From NCBI GenBank assembly GCA_965200625.1, contig OZ241375.1:1896087-1960086 (forward strand): DNA of 64,000 nt. The letters run 5' to 3'. This DNA is from Dehalococcoidia bacterium (GTDB lineage Bacteria > Chloroflexota > Dehalococcoidia > Bin125). A program made the translations under genes and the position numbers. This document shows, in pieces, positions 48,246 to 57,741 of the stretch (positions are counted from its first letter, which is position 1; each line of letters starts with the position of its first letter). The notes below the pieces were generated by a model. That model did not search any database and was not told the origin of the DNA. It saw only the letters and a program-made list of their open reading frames with translations.

Positions 48246-48268
48246 GATGTGAGAGGGAGGGCGGCGTT

Positions 48269-48793
48269 ATGGCTCGGATGCGTGCGGATGTTTTGCGGGA
48301 GTTTCTGGAGCAGCCCCATACGGGCGTGCTGGCGACGCTGCGGCAGGACGGGCGGCCGTACACGATCCCGCTCTGGTTCCTCTGGGACGGCGAGGTGGCG
48401 GACGACGCGCATCCCTCGCGCAACCCGCCGACCGGTCACCTCTGGCTGACCGGCACGCTGAGCCGCGTCTGGTGCCGACAGCTGATGCGCGATGGTCGGA
48501 TGTCGTTCTGCATCGAGGACTCCGGCCCGCCCTCGCGCCATGTGGAGGTGGACGGGACGGCGGAGGCGCTGACGCTGCCCGAGTTTGACATCTGGCCGAT
48601 CTCGCGCCTGCTGGCGGAGAAGTACGTCGGGCGCGGCGATCCGGCCAACGCGGCGGCAGTAGACGCCTTCTTCGCGAATATGCAGACGGAGCCGCGGATG
48701 CTGTTCCGGGTCACGCCGGAGGTGTGGCGGGCGATTGATCTGACGGTCTATCGGGGCAAGCGCGCGGATCGGGAGTTCCAGGCGGGGCAGTGA
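48269..48793 (+). CDS. PPOX-class F420/FMN-binding split-barrel protein (paralog)
   Basis: 174 aa; LATLRQDGRPYTIPLWF; paralog of 47488-47991. Confidence 0.7.
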   Translation: MARMRADVLREFLEQPHTGVLATLRQDGRPYTIPLWFLWDGEVADDAHPSRNPPTGHLWLTGTLSRVWCRQLMRDGRMSFCIEDSGPPSRHVEVDGTAEALTLPEFDIWPISRLLAEKYVGRGDPANAAAVDAFFANMQTEPRMLFRVTPEVWRAIDLTVYRGKRADREFQAGQ

Positions 48794-50109
48794 GCCTGCG
48801 CACCGGATCGGGCCGCCGGGCAGGGGGCGGGCTGCTCGCCAATCCCGGATTCCGCCGCGTCTGGGCGGCCGGCGCGGTCACGGGCATGGTGCGCTGGCTC
48901 GACATGCTGGTGCTCACGCTCTATGCCCGCGACCTCGCCGAGGCGGCCGGCTTCGTCGCGCTCGCGTTTCTCGTGCGGATGGCGCCGCGCCTGCTCTTCG
49001 GGATGTTCGTCGGCGCGCTCGCCGACCGCTTCAACCGCAAGAAGATCTGGATCGGCTCGCTGCTGATCCTCTCGGTCATGTACTTCGCCCTGACCGTCTT
49101 CGTGATGCTGGTCGGGATCGACTTCTGGCTGCTGCTCATCTTCGTGTTTGTCGCGGGAACGGTCTGGTCGGTGGAGTTTCCCACGCGGCGGGCGATGATC
49201 GCCGACGTGGTCGCGCCCCACCAGGTCGGCCGCGCGGTCGGGCTGGACTGGTCGACGGACTCGATTGTGCGGATTCCCGGCCCGCTGATCGGCGCGGGGC
49301 TGCTGCAGGAGCTGGGCGCGGAGTGGGCGTATCTGTTCACCGCCTGCGCGTTCATCATCTCCGCCGCGATCGCCTCGACGCTCGACTACCGCAAGCCGCT
49401 GCGGTCCGCCTCCGCCAGCGGCTTCGGCGCGGTCGCGCGCGAGACCTGGCGCGACATCCGCGAAGGGTTCAGCTTCATCCGCCGCAGCGAGCTGCTGGTC
49501 GGCACGCTGATGGTGACGCTCGCCTTTAACCTGCTTTTCCCCGCCTACAACGCGGCGCTGCCCGACATCGGGCAGGAGCTGCTGCAGGTCGACAAGCTGC
49601 GGATCGGCGTGCTCGAGGCGCTGGTTGGCGCAGGCTCGTTCGTCAGCGCGCTGGTGATCGCCGGCTGGAGCAGCTGGGGGCAGTCGGGCCGGATTTACTA
49701 CGCGGGGACGGCCTGGTTCATTCTCTGCGTGACGGGCATGGTGCTGTCGCCGTGGTACGAGCTCTCGATGATCGTGGCGTTCTGCATGGGCTTCGGCTTC
49801 TCCGCGTTCGCGATCATGCAGACGGCGCTGCTGGTCACGCGGACGCCGGCGGAGATGCGCGGGCGGGTGATGGGCGTGCTCTCGATGGTGATCGGGATGG
49901 GTCCGGTGACCGGCATGCAGGTCTTCTTCATGTTCGAGTGGTTCGGCATCCAGGGCGGCGTGATCTCCGTCGTGATCGAGGCGACCGGGCTGATGCTGTT
50001 GGCGATCCTGATCTGGCCGATCATCGTCCGCCGGCTGCCTGGCTCCGATCCGCGCGTCGCCGCTACCTTCGCGCCCCAGCGCTCCCAGCGCGCGCTGACC
50101 ACCCGTTAA
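48790..50109 (+). CDS. MFS transporter
   Basis: 439 aa with 12 predicted TM helices and the MFS loop motif region. Confidence 0.8.
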   Translation: MSLRTGSGRRAGGGLLANPGFRRVWAAGAVTGMVRWLDMLVLTLYARDLAEAAGFVALAFLVRMAPRLLFGMFVGALADRFNRKKIWIGSLLILSVMYFALTVFVMLVGIDFWLLLIFVFVAGTVWSVEFPTRRAMIADVVAPHQVGRAVGLDWSTDSIVRIPGPLIGAGLLQELGAEWAYLFTACAFIISAAIASTLDYRKPLRSASASGFGAVARETWRDIREGFSFIRRSELLVGTLMVTLAFNLLFPAYNAALPDIGQELLQVDKLRIGVLEALVGAGSFVSALVIAGWSSWGQSGRIYYAGTAWFILCVTGMVLSPWYELSMIVAFCMGFGFSAFAIMQTALLVTRTPAEMRGRVMGVLSMVIGMGPVTGMQVFFMFEWFGIQGGVISVVIEATGLMLLAILIWPIIVRRLPGSDPRVAATFAPQRSQRALTTR

Positions 50110-50137
50110 GTAGGCTGAGCGTGAGGGGAGCGCGGCC

Positions 50138-50473
50138 ATGACGACGATGCGCCGGCGACAGCAATTCAACGCCGAGCTGCTGACTGCGCGCGGCTCGCTG
50201 CTGACCGAGTGTTTTGCGATCATCGACGTCGAGACGACGCGCGTCGGCGGCGTCCGCGAACGCAGCTGGCGGGGCAAGCTCTCGTCGCTCTCCAATCCGG
50301 AGCACAGCCTGGGCGGGTCATACCGGTTGCGCCCGCGCGGGGAAGACAGCGCGGGTGCGCGGATCGAGATCATTGACGGCTTCGAGGAGCGTCTGGGCGT
50401 GACCTCCGATGAATACCGCTTTATCGGATCGGGCGAGCCGCCCAAAGCGCCGCCGCGGCGGCGACGGCGTTGA
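50138..50473 (+). CDS. Hypothetical protein with basic C-terminal tail
   Basis: 111 aa; no motif; ends KAPPRRRRR. Stop overlaps the next start (ATGA). Confidence 0.4.
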   Translation: MTTMRRRQQFNAELLTARGSLLTECFAIIDVETTRVGGVRERSWRGKLSSLSNPEHSLGGSYRLRPRGEDSAGARIEIIDGFEERLGVTSDEYRFIGSGEPPKAPPRRRRR

Positions 50474-50850
50474 AGGGACGTGAAGACATGGACGAAACGC
50501 AACCTGGTCCGGCTGCAGAGCCAACTACCGAAGCTCTGATTCACCACAGCGGCAGTGGTCAGGACGTATTCACACTGACGCTCGAGGAGGGCGTCTATTA
50601 CTGCCGCTTCACGATCAAGGGAAACTGCAACAACGACATTGAAGACGAGGTCTACGACAAGAGTCTGTTCAGTGTCCGGTTCGGAGATCGCGAGGGTGGT
50701 TCTCGACTCCTGGCGAGTGCTATCGCAAGCCAGTGGACAGGGCGTGCGAAGGTCGTGGTTGGTGGACGGCACGGTCTGAAGGGCGTGATCGACGTGGAGG
50801 TTGAGGCTGAGCAGACAGCGAAATGGGAACTCGCTTGCGAACGGCAATAG
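50470..50850 (+). CDS. Hypothetical protein with atypical (low GC3) codon usage
   Basis: 126 aa; many A/T-ending codons (gaa, caa, ggt, agt, att) in a genome where GC3 is otherwise around 90%. Confidence 0.45.
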   Translation: MKGREDMDETQPGPAAEPTTEALIHHSGSGQDVFTLTLEEGVYYCRFTIKGNCNNDIEDEVYDKSLFSVRFGDREGGSRLLASAIASQWTGRAKVVVGGRHGLKGVIDVEVEAEQTAKWELACERQ

Positions 50851-50897
50851 CGCTGTCCGCCGTAAGATGAGCGCAGTGGTCTAGCACACGGGAACGG

Positions 50898-52202
50898 ATG
50901 AGCACGATGGCGACAGCGCAGGCGGTGGACGCGTCGGCGGAGTTGAGAGCGCAGGTGGCGGCGGCCAAGGCGGCGTCCCCGGCGCTGGGCTGGGCGACGC
51001 GCGAGCGGAAGGACGCCGTGCTGCACACGGCTGCCGCGCTGCTGCGCGAGCGCTCGGCCGACGTCGTCGCGGCCAACGCGGAGGACGTGTCGGAGGCGAG
51101 CGGCCATCTGAGCGAGGCGATGATCGACCGGCTCCAGCTGACGCCGGAGCGCGTCTCGGCGCTGGCCGCGTCGCTGGAGGACCTGGCTCTGCTCGATGAT
51201 CCGGTCGGCGAGACGATTGACGCGACGACCACCGACTCGGGCCTGGAGATTGAGCGCGTGCGCGTGCCACTGGGCGTGATCGCCTCGATCTACGAGTCGC
51301 GGCCCAATGTGACGATTGACATCGGTGCGATCTGCCTGAAGTCGGGCAACGCGTCGGTGCTGCGCGGCGGCCGCGAGGCGCTGCGCTCCAACCGCCTCCT
51401 CGCCGAGGTCCTGCGCGACGCGCTGGCCGCCAACGAGCTGCCCGCCGACGCGGTGCAGCTGGTGCGCAGCACCGACCGCGCACTGGTCGGCGAGCTGCTG
51501 GCGATGAACGACCTGATCGACCTGATGGTCCCGCGCGGTGGGCAGGCGCTGATCAACCGCGTGCGGCGCGAGGCCTCAATGGCGGTCGTCGCCGGCGGCG
51601 TCGGCATCTGTCACACCTACATCGACGCCGCCGCCGACCTGGAGATGGCGCTTACGGTCGTCGACAACGCCAAGCGGCGGCGGGTGAGCATCTGCAACGC
51701 GCTCGACGTGATGCTGGTGCACGAAGCGGTCGCCGAGCCGTTCCTCGCCGCGCTGGGTCGGCGCTGGGCGGGCGCGGGCCCGACGCCGGTCGAGCTGCGC
51801 GCCGACGCTCGCGCCCAGGCGCTGTTGTCCGACACGGGCGCGAACGTGCAGGCGGCCGGCCCGGACGATTTCGATACCGAGTTTCTCTCGCTGACCGCCG
51901 CGGTCGGCGTGGTTGCCGATGCGGACGCGGCGCTGGCGCACATCGCCGCGCACGGCAGCGGGCACTCGGAGGCGGTGATTACCGCCGACGAGGCGCTGGG
52001 CCGCCGCTTCCTGCGCGAGGTTGACGCGGCGGCGGTCTACGTCAACGCCTCGACCCAGTTCACCGACGGCGGCCAGTTCGGATTGGGCGCAGAGGTCGGG
52101 ATTTCGACCGGCAAGCTGCACGCGCGCGGGCCGATGGGGCTGCGCGAGCTGACCTCGTACAAATGGGTGATCCGCGGCGACGGGCACATCCGCCCCGTCT
52201 GA
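50898..52202 (+). CDS. proA: Gamma-glutamyl phosphate reductase
   Basis: ICLKSGNASVLRGG and aldehyde-dehydrogenase-type catalytic region; 434 aa. Confidence 0.9.
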   Translation: MSTMATAQAVDASAELRAQVAAAKAASPALGWATRERKDAVLHTAAALLRERSADVVAANAEDVSEASGHLSEAMIDRLQLTPERVSALAASLEDLALLDDPVGETIDATTTDSGLEIERVRVPLGVIASIYESRPNVTIDIGAICLKSGNASVLRGGREALRSNRLLAEVLRDALAANELPADAVQLVRSTDRALVGELLAMNDLIDLMVPRGGQALINRVRREASMAVVAGGVGICHTYIDAAADLEMALTVVDNAKRRRVSICNALDVMLVHEAVAEPFLAALGRRWAGAGPTPVELRADARAQALLSDTGANVQAAGPDDFDTEFLSLTAAVGVVADADAALAHIAAHGSGHSEAVITADEALGRRFLREVDAAAVYVNASTQFTDGGQFGLGAEVGISTGKLHARGPMGLRELTSYKWVIRGDGHIRPV

Positions 52203-52227
52203 GCGGCGAGCGGAAAGCGACAGAATT

Positions 52228-53217
52228 ATGCCAGAGCGACCAAGCGCGACGCTCGCCGGCGGCGCGATGCGCGCGGCGGCGGTCGAGTTTGTCAACAGCC
52301 TCGACGCCGACCAGCGCGCGCGGACCGTCTATGAGTACATGGACGGCGAACGCATCTTCTGGTACTACCCGCCGACCAACCGTCACGGCTTGCCGCTGCG
52401 CGACATGACGGAGGCGCAGCGCTCCCTGGCGCTGGCCTTGATGGATGCCGGCCTGAGCGAGCGCGCCTACGCGCAGGCGCGGGGGATCATTGATCTGGAA
52501 GTGATCCTCGGGGAGCTCGAAGCCGAGGCCGGGCGGCGCGCGTTTCGGCGCGATCCGGAGCTGTACTACTGGACGATCTTCGGCGATCCGACAGACGACG
52601 CGTCGCCCTGGGGCTGGCGCGTGGAGGGGCACCACATCTCGCTCAACTTCTCGCTCTGGGGCGACGGCCTGCTCTCGCTGACGCCGTTTTTCTTCGGCAC
52701 GAACCCGGCCGAGGTGCGGCGCGGTCCGCAGGCCGGGCTGCGGATTCTCGATCAACGCGAAGACCTGGCCTTCGAGCTGATGGCCGCGCTCGACGCCGAG
52801 CAGGTGGAGCGGGCGGTGATCTATCCCGAAGCGCCGTGGGACATCCTGACCTTCAACGCCTCGCGCGCGATCATGCCCGCCTATGAGGGGCTGGCGGCGG
52901 CGGCGCTGGACGATGATCAGCGGGCGCTGCTGGAGCGGCTGGTCAGCGTCTACGTCGATCAGGCGCCGGCGGAGCTCGCGGCCGAGCGGCGGGCGCGGAT
53001 TGCGGCGGCGGATCGCGCGGGGATGCACTTCGCCTGGGCCGGGCCCGTGCAGAACGGCGCGCCGCATTACTATCGCATTCACGGCGGCAACTTCCTCGTC
53101 GAGTTCGACAACCGCCAGAACGGGGCCAACCACATCCATTCCGTGTGGCGCGACGTCGAGAACGACTTCGCCAACGACGTGCTGGGCGAGCATCTGATTC
53201 TCTATCACGTGCTCTGA
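52228..53217 (+). CDS. DUF3500-family protein
   Basis: EGHHISLNF and HYYRIHGGNFLVEFDNRQNGANHIHSVWRD blocks recalled as DUF3500 signatures. Confidence 0.6.
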   Translation: MPERPSATLAGGAMRAAAVEFVNSLDADQRARTVYEYMDGERIFWYYPPTNRHGLPLRDMTEAQRSLALALMDAGLSERAYAQARGIIDLEVILGELEAEAGRRAFRRDPELYYWTIFGDPTDDASPWGWRVEGHHISLNFSLWGDGLLSLTPFFFGTNPAEVRRGPQAGLRILDQREDLAFELMAALDAEQVERAVIYPEAPWDILTFNASRAIMPAYEGLAAAALDDDQRALLERLVSVYVDQAPAELAAERRARIAAADRAGMHFAWAGPVQNGAPHYYRIHGGNFLVEFDNRQNGANHIHSVWRDVENDFANDVLGEHLILYHVL

Positions 53218-53325
53218 GCCGTCCACACTGCCCCACTGCCCACACTGCGCGGTTGGCGCGCGGTGGGGCAGCCGGACGAATCACCTGGGCGAATCAGCTG
53301 CGCGGATCAGCTGGGGGGCGCGAGC

Positions 53326-53618
53326 CGATGTTTTATTACGAGCGGGAGAGTCGGACGGGGCACTCCGAGTGCTACGTCGTGGAGAATGAGGCGGGCTCGC
53401 GCGCCCGCGTCGATCTGCATTTCGCCGCGCCATTGGTCTACGCCACGCTCTGCGTGCCGGAGTCGTGGGCGGAGGAGGACATCCAGGACGTGATCGCCGA
53501 TCTCGATGATCGCTGGGCGCTGACCGCCGATCCGCTGCGCGACGATCTGATCGTGACCGTCTGGCGCGGTCAGGAGGTCGGCGTCTACTCACAGGAGGAC
53601 GGAGGCGGCGATGACTGA
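53326..53618 (+). CDS. Small acidic hypothetical protein
   Basis: 97 aa from ATG 53326; overlaps the next gene by ATGA. Confidence 0.4.
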
Positions 53619-54078
53619 CGGCGACGCGGCGCTGGACACCCAGAACGCGCAGGACGATCCGCAGGCGGAGGCGGAGGCGGCGGACGCGCTCCAGCAGCTG
53701 TTCGAGGGGCACGTCGATGTGATGCTGCCGCCCGAGGAGATCGAGGAGTTTCACGATTTCATCCGCGAAGAGGCGCTGATGCGCCGCCGCTTCGCGGTCT
53801 CGTTCCGGCTCGAGTGCCGCTGCCTCGCCTGGATCGGCTACTCGCTCGCCAACGTCGTCACGCACGAGGACGGCATCGAGTTCGCCGCCCGCCCCATGCA
53901 GACCTACGTGCCCGACCATGAACCGGACGTGGAGCATCCCGAAGGCGCGACGGAGGATCCGCCGGAGCAATTTCTCGACTGGCCGATCTGGCCGCTGGAA
54001 ATCTACCAGGACGAACTTGAAGAGGACGCTCTGTTCGCCGCCGACTCAGCTGACGATGCAGATGGGAATGCCGAGTGA
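53611..54078 (+). CDS. Acidic hypothetical protein
   Basis: 155 aa, Asp/Glu-rich; overlaps the HAD gene start (GTGA). Confidence 0.45.
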   Translation: MTDGDAALDTQNAQDDPQAEAEAADALQQLFEGHVDVMLPPEEIEEFHDFIREEALMRRRFAVSFRLECRCLAWIGYSLANVVTHEDGIEFAARPMQTYVPDHEPDVEHPEGATEDPPEQFLDWPIWPLEIYQDELEEDALFAADSADDADGNAE

Positions 54079-54803
54079 GCGGCGCGAACGGCCGGTTTGC
54101 GGCGGTCTTCTTTGATTTGGACGGGACGCTGGTCAGCGAGCGGACGGGCGTGCGCGAGGCGCGGACGGCGGTGGGGACGCGGCTGATCGAGCTGGGCGTC
54201 TGGCACAGGCCGGCGACCGCCTTTGCCGACACCATCGAGATGGTGATCGGCGGGATCATGGAGGACAACAACTGGCAGTGGCCGCTCTGGCTGCACGCCG
54301 AGGAGTGGCTGCGGCGCAGCCTGGCCGTCGCCGAGGTCGAGGTCAGCGCTGACGAGTTCCAGGAACTGGCCGGCGTCTACCGCGACGAACGCTCGGATCG
54401 GGCGACGGCGATCGCGGGCTGGCCGGAGGCGCTCGCCGCCGCCCGCGCGCACGGGCCGATCGGGCTGATCACCAACTTCAACGACGGCCCGATGCAGCGG
54501 GAGAAAATCCGCGGAGCCGGCCTCGAGGGACAGTTCGACGGCGTCTACATCTCGGGCGAGATCGGCGTCTGGAAGCCGGAGCCGGGCATCTTCGCGCACG
54601 CGGCGCAGGATCTGGGCGTGGACCCGGGCGCTTGCGTCCACATCGGCAACAACATCGAGTCCGACGTGATGGGCGCCCTGAGCGCCGGGCTGAGCGCCGT
54701 GCTGGTCGAGGAAGACGACCGCGAGCGTCCGCCGAGTCTCGATCCGCGGGTGGTCTGGTGCGAGAATCTCAACGCAGTGGCGGCTTGGCTCCGCGAGCGC
54801 TGA
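54075..54803 (+). CDS. HAD-superfamily hydrolase
   Basis: FFDLDGTLV motif I; GTG start. Confidence 0.8.
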   Translation: MSGANGRFAAVFFDLDGTLVSERTGVREARTAVGTRLIELGVWHRPATAFADTIEMVIGGIMEDNNWQWPLWLHAEEWLRRSLAVAEVEVSADEFQELAGVYRDERSDRATAIAGWPEALAAARAHGPIGLITNFNDGPMQREKIRGAGLEGQFDGVYISGEIGVWKPEPGIFAHAAQDLGVDPGACVHIGNNIESDVMGALSAGLSAVLVEEDDRERPPSLDPRVVWCENLNAVAAWLRER

Positions 54804-54804
54804 G

Positions 54805-54856
54805 CTACTTGCGGGCGATGGCCCGCTGAGCTACTTGCGGGCGATGGCCCGCTGAG
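54805..54856. repeat. 26-bp tandem duplication (CTACTTGCGGGCGATGGCCCGCTGAG x2) spanning the 3' end of the transketolase C-terminal gene
   Basis: Two identical adjacent copies; the second copy supplies the actual stop codon. Confidence 0.85.
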
Positions 54857-55784
54857 CGGCCGCAACTACTGACTCCGCGGTCAAGCCGTAGTGTTCCAGC
54901 AGCTGTGTCCAGGGGCCGGACTGGCCGAAGGTGTCGTTGATCCCGACCTCCTCCATTGGCGTGGGTTGGTGCAGGGCGAGGGTGCGGGCGACGGCGGAGC
55001 CGAGCCCGCCGATGACGTTGTGCTCCTCCGCGCAGACGATCGTGCCCGTCTCCGCCGCCGCGCGGATGATTGCCGCCTCGTCAAGCGGCTTCAGCGTGGC
55101 CAGATTCAGCACACGGGCGGAGACGCCCGCGGCAGCCAAAGCGTCGGCGGCGCGCAGCGTCGGTTCGAGCATCAGCCCGCAGGCGATCAGCGTGACGTCC
55201 GCGCCGTCGCGGAGCTGGTCGGCGCGGCCCAGCTGGAAGGCGGGGCCGTCGATGTAGACGATCGGCAGCTTGGGCCGGCCGAGGCGGATGTACCAAGGCT
55301 GGTCGTCCTCCGCCGCCTGGCGGATCGCGGCGTCGGCCTCAACCGCATCGCTGGGGACGACGACGTTCATACCCGGCAGGGCGGTCATCAGCGCCAGGTC
55401 TTCAATCGCCTGCGCGGACGCGCCGTCCTCGCCGACGGAGACGCCGCCGTGCGAGGCGATCAGTTTGACGTTCATCCGCTGCTGGGCGATGTGGACGCGG
55501 ATCTGGTCGAAGCAGTGGCCGGGCATGAAGACGGCGAAGGAGGCGGCGAAGACGGTCTTGCCGGTCGCGGCGAGGCCGGCGGCGATGCTGATCATGTTCG
55601 CCTCGGCCGCGCCGACGGTGAACCAGCGCTCGGGGAAGGCGGCGGCGAGCTTGTTGCCGCCGGTGGACGCGGCGAGATCCGCGTCGAGCGCGACGATGTC
55701 ATGGCCCGCCTCGGCCAGCTTGACCAAAGCGGGTCCGTAGGCCTCGCGGGTGGCGGCGGGCGGTGGGGCAGCGGTGGTGGTCAT
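54831..55784 (-). CDS. Transketolase, C-terminal (pyrimidine-binding) subunit
   Basis: 317 aa split-transketolase C-terminal section. Confidence 0.9.
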   Translation of the reverse strand: MTTTAAPPPAATREAYGPALVKLAEAGHDIVALDADLAASTGGNKLAAAFPERWFTVGAAEANMISIAAGLAATGKTVFAASFAVFMPGHCFDQIRVHIAQQRMNVKLIASHGGVSVGEDGASAQAIEDLALMTALPGMNVVVPSDAVEADAAIRQAAEDDQPWYIRLGRPKLPIVYIDGPAFQLGRADQLRDGADVTLIACGLMLEPTLRAADALAAAGVSARVLNLATLKPLDEAAIIRAAAETGTIVCAEEHNVIGGLGSAVARTLALHQPTPMEEVGINDTFGQSGPWTQLLEHYGLTAESVVAAAQRAIARK

Positions 55785-56641
55785 CAGAGTCCCGCCTCAA
55801 TTTCCTCCAGCGCCTGCGCGAGCTGCGCGTCGGACGGCCCCTTGCCGTGCCAGCCGGCGGGATTGTCCGCCATGAACGAGACCCCGCGCCCCTTGACCGT
55901 CTCACAGATCACGACCTGCGGCGCGTCGCGCCGGGCGCGGGCCGCCAGCAGCGCGTCGCGGACGGCGGCGACGTCGTGGCCGTCAACGTGCTGCACGCCC
56001 CAGCCGAAGGCGGCCCATTTGTCGCCGACTGGATCAATGCGCATGATCTCGTCGCCGGGGCCGTCATTCTGGAAGTGGTTGCGGTCGAGGATCGCGGTGA
56101 TGCGGTGCAAGCCGAAGTGGGCGGCGGACATGATCGCCTCCCAGTTCTGCCCCTCATTCAGCTCGCCGTCGCCGACGACGACGAAGATTTGCCCCTCGTC
56201 GTCGGGCAGGCCGTCAAGGTCGTGGCCCAGCGCGACGCCGACGGCGAAGGAGAGGCCCATACCGAGCGCCCCGCCGGACATCTCGACGCCGGGCGGTTTG
56301 TTGCGGATCACGTGCCCTTGCAGCTCGGTCCCGAAGGCGCGGAACGAGGGGATCTGCGCGGGATCGAAGTAGCCGGCCTCGGCCAGCGCGCCGTAGACGA
56401 CGGGGGTGGCGTGCCCCTTGCTCAGAATTATGCGGTCGCGGCGCGCCCACTGAGGGTCGGCCGGATTGTGCCGCGCGACGCCGCCGAAATAGAGCGCGGC
56501 AAAGATCTCGGTCGCCGAGAGCGAGCCGCCTGGATGGCCGGACTGCGCGGCGTGGGTCATGCCGACGATGTGGCGTCGAATCCGCTTGCAGACCTCGAGC
56601 AGAGCGTCGGTGTCGGCGGCGGGCGCGGTCGAAGTGGTCAT
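55784..56641 (-). CDS. Transketolase, N-terminal (thiamine diphosphate-binding) subunit
   Basis: SGHPGGSLS and GDGELNEG TPP motifs; stop overlaps the C-terminal subunit start. ATG at 56641; the GTG at 56677 is an alternative. Confidence 0.9.
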   Translation of the reverse strand: MTTSTAPAADTDALLEVCKRIRRHIVGMTHAAQSGHPGGSLSATEIFAALYFGGVARHNPADPQWARRDRIILSKGHATPVVYGALAEAGYFDPAQIPSFRAFGTELQGHVIRNKPPGVEMSGGALGMGLSFAVGVALGHDLDGLPDDEGQIFVVVGDGELNEGQNWEAIMSAAHFGLHRITAILDRNHFQNDGPGDEIMRIDPVGDKWAAFGWGVQHVDGHDVAAVRDALLAARARRDAPQVVICETVKGRGVSFMADNPAGWHGKGPSDAQLAQALEEIEAGL

Positions 56642-56781
56642 AGGGCTCTGGATTTCGCTGACAAAGAGGCGCGCCACAGGAGCAATTCCATGCTAGTAGC
56701 GCAGCGAGTTAGAGATAGCAAGGAAGCATAACCGCCGCACCCCGGAACTGCCGACCGCCGGCGGCGCTCTAGGCTGAGGCG

Positions 56782-57366
56782 GTGCGGTTGTTCATCGAGG
56801 CGGTCCCGGAACCCGCGGCGCGGGACGCAGTCTGGACGGCGGGCGAGCGTCTGCGCGCCGAGCCGTCAATGCCCGCCGAGGCGGTGCGCTGGGTCCAGCG
56901 GGACGCGATCCACCTGACGCTGCGCTTTCTGGGCGAGGTGGAAGCGTCGCGGCTGGACGCTGTGTCCGATGCGCTGGCCACGTTGGAGCAGAGCGGCGGA
57001 TTCGACTTGCAGATCAGTGAGTTGGGCGTGTTCGGCGGCCGCCGCCCGCGCGTTGTCTGGGCAGGTCTGGCGGAGGATGACGGGTTCGCGCGCCTGCAGC
57101 GGCTGCGCGGCCAGCTCGACGAGGCGCTGGCGGAGGCCGGTTTCGCCCGCGAGGCCGCGGCGTTCCGGCCGCATCTGACGCTGGGCCGCGTGCGGCGGCA
57201 GGCGTCGCGTCCGGGCGCCGCGGCGATTGGGGCGGCGATTCGGACGGCGGCAGCGGCGGCGCCGCGGCTGGCGATCGCGGCGACCGTGACGCAGGCGGCA
57301 TTGGTGGAGTCAACGCTGTTGCCGAGTGGGCCCCGCTATCGTCGGTTGGCGAGCGCAGCGTTGTAA
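56782..57366 (+). CDS. thpR: RNA 2',3'-cyclic phosphodiesterase (2H family, ThpR/LigT-like)
   Basis: Two H-x-T-x motifs (HLTLRFLG and HLTLGRV). Confidence 0.8.
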   Translation: MRLFIEAVPEPAARDAVWTAGERLRAEPSMPAEAVRWVQRDAIHLTLRFLGEVEASRLDAVSDALATLEQSGGFDLQISELGVFGGRRPRVVWAGLAEDDGFARLQRLRGQLDEALAEAGFAREAAAFRPHLTLGRVRRQASRPGAAAIGAAIRTAAAAAPRLAIAATVTQAALVESTLLPSGPRYRRLASAAL

Positions 57367-57424
57367 CATCGTTAACAGAAATGTGGTTACCCGCCCAGCG
57401 CGGCGGTACTGAGGGAGTGACTCG

Positions 57425-57682
57425 ATGCAGAGCAGCCTGATCTCGAAGATCGAGAAGGCGCGAATTTACGCAGAAGATCTGAGTCGGTTCGAATTTCGGT
57501 CGCTGCGCTGCGAGGTGCGCGGCGACTCGACGACGCACACGGCGGAGCTCGGCCCGGACGGCTGGAGCTGCGACTGCTTTTTCTTCCAGGACGCGAAGAC
57601 CTGCTCGCACACGATGGCGCTCGAGCGCGTGCTCGGCCAGATGCTGCCGGAGGCTTACCGCCCGGCTTGGTCCAGCGTCTAG
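57425..57682 (+). CDS. Small SWIM zinc-finger protein
   Basis: 85 aa; CDC-x9-CSH matches the SWIM CxC...CxH signature. Confidence 0.5.
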   Translation: MQSSLISKIEKARIYAEDLSRFEFRSLRCEVRGDSTTHTAELGPDGWSCDCFFFQDAKTCSHTMALERVLGQMLPEAYRPAWSSV

Positions 57683-57741
57683 CGCGAGCCCGCTGGTCAG
57701 CCGAGCGTCTCCGCCTGGTCAGCCGAGCGTCTCCGCCTGGT

